A stretch of 60,676 nucleotides of DNA from Candidatus Giovannonibacteria bacterium RIFCSPHIGHO2_12_FULL_44_22 (GTDB taxonomy: Bacteria > Patescibacteriota > Minisyncoccia > UBA11713 > 2-01-FULL-45-33): NCBI GenBank assembly GCA_001778695.1, contig MFHU01000012.1, forward strand, positions 1 to 60,676, in the 5' to 3' direction. Every line of letters starts with the position of its first letter. Positions within the stretch are counted from its first letter, which is position 1. The position numbers and the translations under genes were made by a program. Under the pieces are notes generated by a model. The model searched no databases. It was not told the DNA's origin and saw nothing but the letters and a program-made list of their open reading frames with translations. Below are positions 56,433 to 60,676 of the stretch, piece after piece.

Positions 56433-56702
56433 ATGGCGAAGAAAATCAGAAAAACAGCGAATTGGAGAATAAGTGCAGAGGAACGAGATTGTGTAACGCA
56501 GAATCTCAGAAAGGCAGTGCATGATGTGTTCAACGCCGAGGTGAAAAACCTCAAGCTGAGGAAAGTCGATATCACAGCTTTGCAGAAACTGATGTTTGTT
56601 CAGTTTGTCGAGCGTGGAATTATTCGGCTCGTTGACGATTTCGTTTCTGTTGTAGAGATCGTTCTAAAGACAAGGAAGATATTTACTGGGGATTCCTCAT
56701 GA
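56433..56702 (+). CDS. Small ORF B2 (89 aa), unknown function
   Basis: The AACGAAAGGAGAACGTC cassette plus ATGGCGAAGAA matches the start context of A2. The remainder of the protein differs. Confidence 0.5.
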   Translation: MAKKIRKTANWRISAEERDCVTQNLRKAVHDVFNAEVKNLKLRKVDITALQKLMFVQFVERGIIRLVDDFVSVVEIVLKTRKIFTGDSS

Positions 56703-56836
56703 AAAATCACGAGTCGAATCCCCTCCAAATTTAGTTCGTTGGCCAAGCTGAGAAGAAAAGTGGAAATAATGGCGAGCTTCACGAAAACGACGAAAGGAGT
56801 ATTTGAGAAGCAGGCGGAGAGAAGCCCCTGTTTCTC

Positions 56837-56857
56837 TCCAAAATTCAAGCATCAATT
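56837..56857 (+). repeat. Cassette B closing stem, 3' arm
   Basis: TCCAAAATTCAAGCATCAATT is followed by GGTAG, as in cassette A. Confidence 0.8.
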
Positions 56858-56872
56858 GGTAGATTTTGACTC

Positions 56873-56895
56873 AAGCCCGCATAAGGGCTTTTTTC
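56873..56895 (+). terminator. Cassette B terminator
   Basis: The hairpin is AAGCCC-gcataa-GGGCTT followed by a T-run. The stem is conserved with cassette A while the loop differs. Confidence 0.7.
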
Positions 56896-56901
56896 TTTTT
56901 A

Positions 56902-56929
56902 CCCCCACACCAATGCATTGGTGTGGGGG
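56902..56929. terminator. 28-nt perfect GC-rich palindrome (second terminator or insulator) just upstream of the rRNA promoter
   Basis: CCCCCACACCAATGCATTGGTGTGGGGG is followed by TTTAT. Confidence 0.5.
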
Positions 56930-56944
56930 TTTATCCCCACCCTA

Positions 56945-56972
56945 TTGACTTCCAAAACCATGGGACTATAAT
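56945..56972 (+). promoter_or_regulatory. Candidate 23S rRNA promoter
   Basis: It has TTGACT (56945..56950), a 16-nt spacer and TATAAT (56967..56972), about 175 nt upstream of the mature 23S 5' end. Confidence 0.55.
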
Positions 56973-57411
56973 GGCATTACACAAACTATGTTAAACAAAT
57001 TCAACTTAAATAAGCCAACAAAGCGGGAACACTGTTAGGTCGTCTTAACTTGTATTCAAAATCCCGCCTACGGCGGGATTTTGAGTTCATAGCGCGTGCG
57101 AACTTTGACAAGATTAGTTAATTCGTAAGTGCATTTTCTAACAAGACGGTTATAAGGGCATATGGCGGATGGCTCGAGATAAGATGGGCGATGAAGGACG
57201 TGGCGTGCCTGCGATAAGCTTGGGGGAGGTGGCTAGCAACCTTTGATCCCAAGATTTCCGAATGGGGAAACCCCGCGCCGAGAAATCGGCGTGATCTTGC
57301 ATCTTAAATGGTGCCGGAAGCGAACCCGCTGAAGTAAAACATTTCAGTAAGCGGAGGAAAAGAAAAAAATATTTATTCCCTTAGTAGCGGCGAGCGAAAA
57401 GGGAGCAGCCC

Positions 57412-57540
57412 AGATCGTCAATGCTGCGCATTGACGCGCTGAAAACGCTGACTGGACGCTGACAGTCGCAGAATAAATTCTGCGTTAGTCTGCGTTTCTT
57501 CTGCGTAAATCGGCGCGCCACTGCGCAGCAGTGGCGAAGT
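57412..57540 (+). repeat. 129-nt structured intervening sequence, copy 1 (domain I, around the E. coli ~270 region)
   Basis: It is extra sequence relative to E. coli, between GCAGCCCAGA and the CTGGAAAGG block, and is homologous to 58597..58725. Confidence 0.75.
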
Positions 57541-57749
57541 TGTAAGTTTAATCCTGGTCTTTAATGATGGGGAGAATAAAAACATTAGCAGAACGGTCCT
57601 GGAAAGGCCGGCCAAAGAGGGTAATAGCCCCGTAAACGACAATGATTTTTTACTTTCTGGATTTTACTTGAGTACCTCGAAAAATGTATAGTTCGGGGGA
57701 ATCTGCCAGCACGAGCTGGTAAGGCTAAATACCATCTATCATCGATAGT

Positions 57750-57781
<32 letters not shown>

Positions 57782-57842
57782 GCCCGGTGAGGGCGATGAA
57801 ATAGTACCTGAAACCATATGCTTACAAAGAGTCGGAGCCCCG

Positions 57843-57956
57843 CCCCACTTTTACGATGTAATTTTTATTTGCGAAGTATTACCACGCGAGTAATCTTGCA
57901 AAGATAAAAAAGTCTGAGAGACTTTTTTATGAAATTATTGTTTTGTAAAAGTGGGG
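57843..57956 (+). other. AT-rich expansion/intervening sequence in the helix-25 region
   Basis: A 12-bp perfect closing stem (CCCCACTTTTAC / GTAAAAGTGGGG) encloses about 90 nt of AT-rich hairpins that E. coli lacks at this point. Confidence 0.65.
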
Positions 57957-58596
57957 CTGGGTGACGGCGTGCCTATTGAAGAATGAGCCAACGAGTTATC
58001 CAACACCTTTCGTCTAAGGGCACCTAGCCCGGAGGCACAGGGAAACCAAGTGTTAAAAGCGCGATTTTCTCCGACGTTACGTCGGAGAAAAAAAGATGTT
58101 GGATAGACCCGAAGCGAGATGAGCTTACCATGACCAGGGTGAACCTCGGAGAAATCCGGGGGGAGGCCCGAACCGTTTAGCCGTTCAAAACTATCGGATG
58201 AGTTGTGGTAAGGAGTGAAAAGCTAATCGAATCTCGTAATAGCTGGTTCTCTCCGAAATAGCTTTTCGGCTAGCGCCCGCCAAAAATTAGCAGGTAGAGC
58301 TACTAGATGGACTTGACAGGGAGAAATCTCGCGAGTCCAACTAAACTCCGAATGGCTAATCTATTTAGGCGGGTAGTCAGACCATGGGGGCTAAGCTCCA
58401 TCGGTCAAAAGGGAAACAGCCCAGATCTCAATCTAAGGTCCCTAAATTTCTGCTAAGTGCAAAGAAGGTGGTGAAGTTTCTTAAACAGCGAGGAGGTTGG
58501 CTTAGAAGCAGCCATCCTTTAAAGAGTGCGTAACAGCTCACTCGTCAAGAGACTTCGCGCCGAAAATTATCGGGGCTAAGCAGAGTACCGAAGGTG

Positions 58597-58725
58597 AGAT
58601 CGTCAGTGCATAGCACTGACGCGCGGAAAGCGCGGACTTGACGCAGACAGTCGCAGAAAATAATTCTGCATGTTCTGCGTTTATTCTGCGTAAATCGGCG
58701 CGCCAATACTATGCATTGGCGAGGT
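58597..58725 (+). repeat. 129-nt structured intervening sequence, copy 2 (helix-45 position)
   Basis: It is inserted after ACCGAAGGTG and before GTAGGAGAGCGTTCC. It shares the core GACAGTCGCAGAA...TTCTGCGTAAATCGGCGCGCCA with copy 1. Confidence 0.75.
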
Positions 58726-59453
58726 AGGAGAGCGTTCCAAATGCAGTGAAGCTCACGGCGCGAGCCGGGGTGGAGCGTTTGGAAGTGAGAATGTTGGCAC
58801 AAGTAACCGCAAGTTCGGTGAAATACCGTACCACCGAAAACCCAAGGTTTCCTTGGCAATGGAAATCAGCCAAGGGTTAGTCGGGCCTAAGCCAATGGCG
58901 AAAGCCGGAGGCGATGGACAGCTGGTTAATATTCCAGCACTGCGTATTGTTTTGACGGCAGGACGGAGCCTAGTATGTCGGGCGCGTTATTGGATTCGCG
59001 TTCATTGCGTAAGCGCGGGGCGGAGGAAAATCCCTGCCCAGCCCCGCCACGGCGGGGGCGCGCGAATGTTTTGAAAATTTTTGCAGCAATGCGAAAAAAT
59101 TCGGTAAAGCAGGCTTCCCAGAAAATTGTCTAAAATTATCAATACGCAACCGTACCGGAATCCGACACAGGTGGGTGGGAGGAGAACTCCCAGGTGAACG
59201 AGTGAAAGATCCCCAAGGAACTCGGCAAAAAAGCGGACGTAACTTAGGGATATGTCCTTCCCGCCAACATTAGATAATATCAAAATGAAGGCGGGACGCA
59301 GCGAAAGTACCCCTGGCGACTGTTTAACAAAAACACAGCTCCCTGCAAACTCGTAAGAGGAAGTATAGGGGGTGATGCCTGACCAATGCGAGAAGGTTAA
59401 CGCTGGCGTTCGCGTGGAGCAATCTGCGCGGGTGACTGGCCGAAGCCCTCGTC

Positions 59454-59485
<32 letters not shown>

Positions 59486-60122
59486 TCTGGAATTATTTTG
59501 AAATGATTCCGGAAGGACTAGGACTGTTATAGCGATACATATGTTAAACAAAAATAGCTGCCTCATTGTGTAGCAATACGCAATTGGTCCAAAATTACAT
59601 GGCTATATGCTGGAAACTCCGCAAGTATCCTCAAGTACTTTGTGTCCTAAACCAGGTTTGGGTCATAAAGTGAAAATCTGTGAGGTGGCGCGGACAATCA
59701 GCAGGAAACTGTAATATCTAAAGGAGGAAAAGAACATGAAAAATGACTGGGACGTACTTGTCCAAAGACGTTGGTGGATGTCTCGTGCAGACATCGACGT
59801 TCTTTACTACAAGTGGAAGACGGGACAAATTCAAGTTGGAGATGAAGAAATGCTGAGAGAGTTTCAGGCTGTTCGTTCTGAAGAAATAAAGATCGAAGCA
59901 GCCGAGATGCCAGAATCTCCAGCTGTCTTCATGTTCGGCGGAATGTTGGATGCAATGTTCGAGAAAACTCCAAATGGGCAAAAGTAGTTCAAGCCCTTCC
60001 TGTAAGGAAGGCGCAAAGAAACTCTTTGCCTCTTCCTTTAGGTATTACAGGATCCTCAGATACCATACGCCGTGCATCTCTAAGTAGATGAAGATATGGT
60101 ACTTCGCCCCAAGGAAGCGAAC
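59486..60122 (+). mobile_element. Group I intron in 23S rRNA (between CCUAAGGU and AGCGAAAUUCC, near E. coli position ~1931)
   Basis: It interrupts a universally conserved exon sequence. Four core-like elements are present: P-like TGCTGGAAA (59608..59616), Q-like AATCAGCAGG (59696..59705), R-like TCAGATACCATACG (60056..60069) and S-like AAGATATGGTAC (60091..60102). A P8-like hairpin CATCT-ctaagt-AGATG is also present. The 3' boundary is uncertain by a few nt. Confidence 0.75.
59736..59987 (+). CDS. Intron-encoded small ORF (83 aa), not a recognisable homing endonuclease
   Basis: An AAGGAGG SD lies 8 nt upstream of the ATG. The ORF sits in the loop closed by a 20-bp stem (59709..59728 with 60031..60050). 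No LAGLIDADG, GIY-YIG, HNH or His-Cys motif is visible. Confidence 0.5.
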   Translation: MKNDWDVLVQRRWWMSRADIDVLYYKWKTGQIQVGDEEMLREFQAVRSEEIKIEAAEMPESPAVFMFGGMLDAMFEKTPNGQK

Positions 60123-60676
60123 AGCGAAATTCCTTGTCTGGTGAGTTCAGACGCGCACGAAAGGTATAACGACTGGGGGACTGTCTCGGGGATTTACTCG
60201 GTGAAAATGCGATACCGGTGAAGATGCCGGTTAAGTGCAGTTAGACGAAAAGACCCCGGAAGCTTTACTGCAAGTTGTTATTGGCTTTACGTTTTTACTA
60301 CGTAGCGTAGTGGGTAGGCTTTGAAATGCCGCTCTCGGGCGGCATGGAGCCGCCAATGAAACACCCATTTTTAAAAATGTAAAATCTAACCTGTCCGGCA
60401 AAACCGGGTGGGGACAGTAGCTGCTGGGCAGTTTGTGTGGGGCGCAAGCCTCCTAAAAAGTAACGGAGGCGTTTATTAAGGTCGGCTAGCTCCGGATGGA
60501 CATCGGAGCGATAGTGCAATGGCACAAGCCGGCTTAACTGGAAGTCGGACATGACGACCAGATACGAAAGTAGAACATAGTGAACCGACCGTGGGCACTC
60601 GATGCCGCGGAAGATTAACGGATAAAAGCTACTCCGGGGATAACAGGCTAGTTCCGCCCAAGAGTCCATATCGACG

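Noticed and set aside
56739-56948. ORF 'B3' (69 aa), which runs through the cassette B 3' stem arm, the terminator and the GC palindrome.
   Set aside because: It starts at a non-ATG codon and reads across three RNA structural elements. In both cassettes this frame would encode PKFKHQLVDFDSSP, but that is fully explained by nucleotide conservation of the stem and terminator, and the differences are wobble-compatible. A short terminal peptide cannot be excluded.
59736-59987. The intron ORF as a LAGLIDADG or other homing endonuclease.
   Set aside because: At 83 aa it is too short and shows none of the signature motifs. It is kept as an unknown intron-encoded protein rather than annotated as an endonuclease.

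Overview
The window is a low-GC bacterial fragment using the standard genetic code (TGA acts as a stop, often in ATGA overlaps). By inference only, its gene content and rRNA architecture resemble Patescibacteria/CPR-type genomes. It has four parts. (1) Bases 1-34.8 kb are a large surface-glycan island. It carries two copies each of a NeuB-type synthase and a CMP-sugar cytidylyltransferase, plus NeuC, a 4,6-dehydratase and a HisF/HisH/amidotransferase trio. It also holds a carbamoyltransferase, a methyltransferase, two radical SAM enzymes, several GT2/GT4 enzymes and two KpsS/KpsC-like proteins. Export and attachment candidates are an MsbA/PglK-like ABC exporter, a WbaP-like initiating transferase and a Wzy_C+TPR protein. 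Secreted Thr-, Gly- and repeat-rich proteins with peptidoglycan-binding domains are embedded in the island. (2) Bases 35-53.9 kb are mostly housekeeping: murB, pdaD, hpf, secA, an ECF sigma module with a MacAB-like exporter, nth, rsmI, rsmE, rplJ-rplL and tRNA-Val. Small oddities interrupt it, namely a 57-bp duplication around an inserted mini-gene, a 41-bp repeated promoter, a frameshifted transporter and a truncated NUDIX gene. (3) Bases 54.3-56.9 kb are the most unusual part. Two tandem promoter-to-terminator cassettes have 5' leaders that are recognisable copies of a 23S rRNA segment. Each leader is broken exactly where the real 23S gene carries its helix-45 insertion, by a 21-bp closing stem that encloses operons of small unknown ORFs. 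These ORFs are joined by a conserved intercistronic Shine-Dalgarno cassette. (4) From 57,148 to the window end is a stand-alone 23S rRNA gene with its own promoter. It contains two paralogous 129-nt intervening sequences, an AT-rich helix-25 expansion and a roughly 640-nt group I intron. A 20-bp P6 stem in that intron encloses an 83-aa ORF that does not look like a homing endonuclease. No CRISPR array, transposase or integrase was seen.
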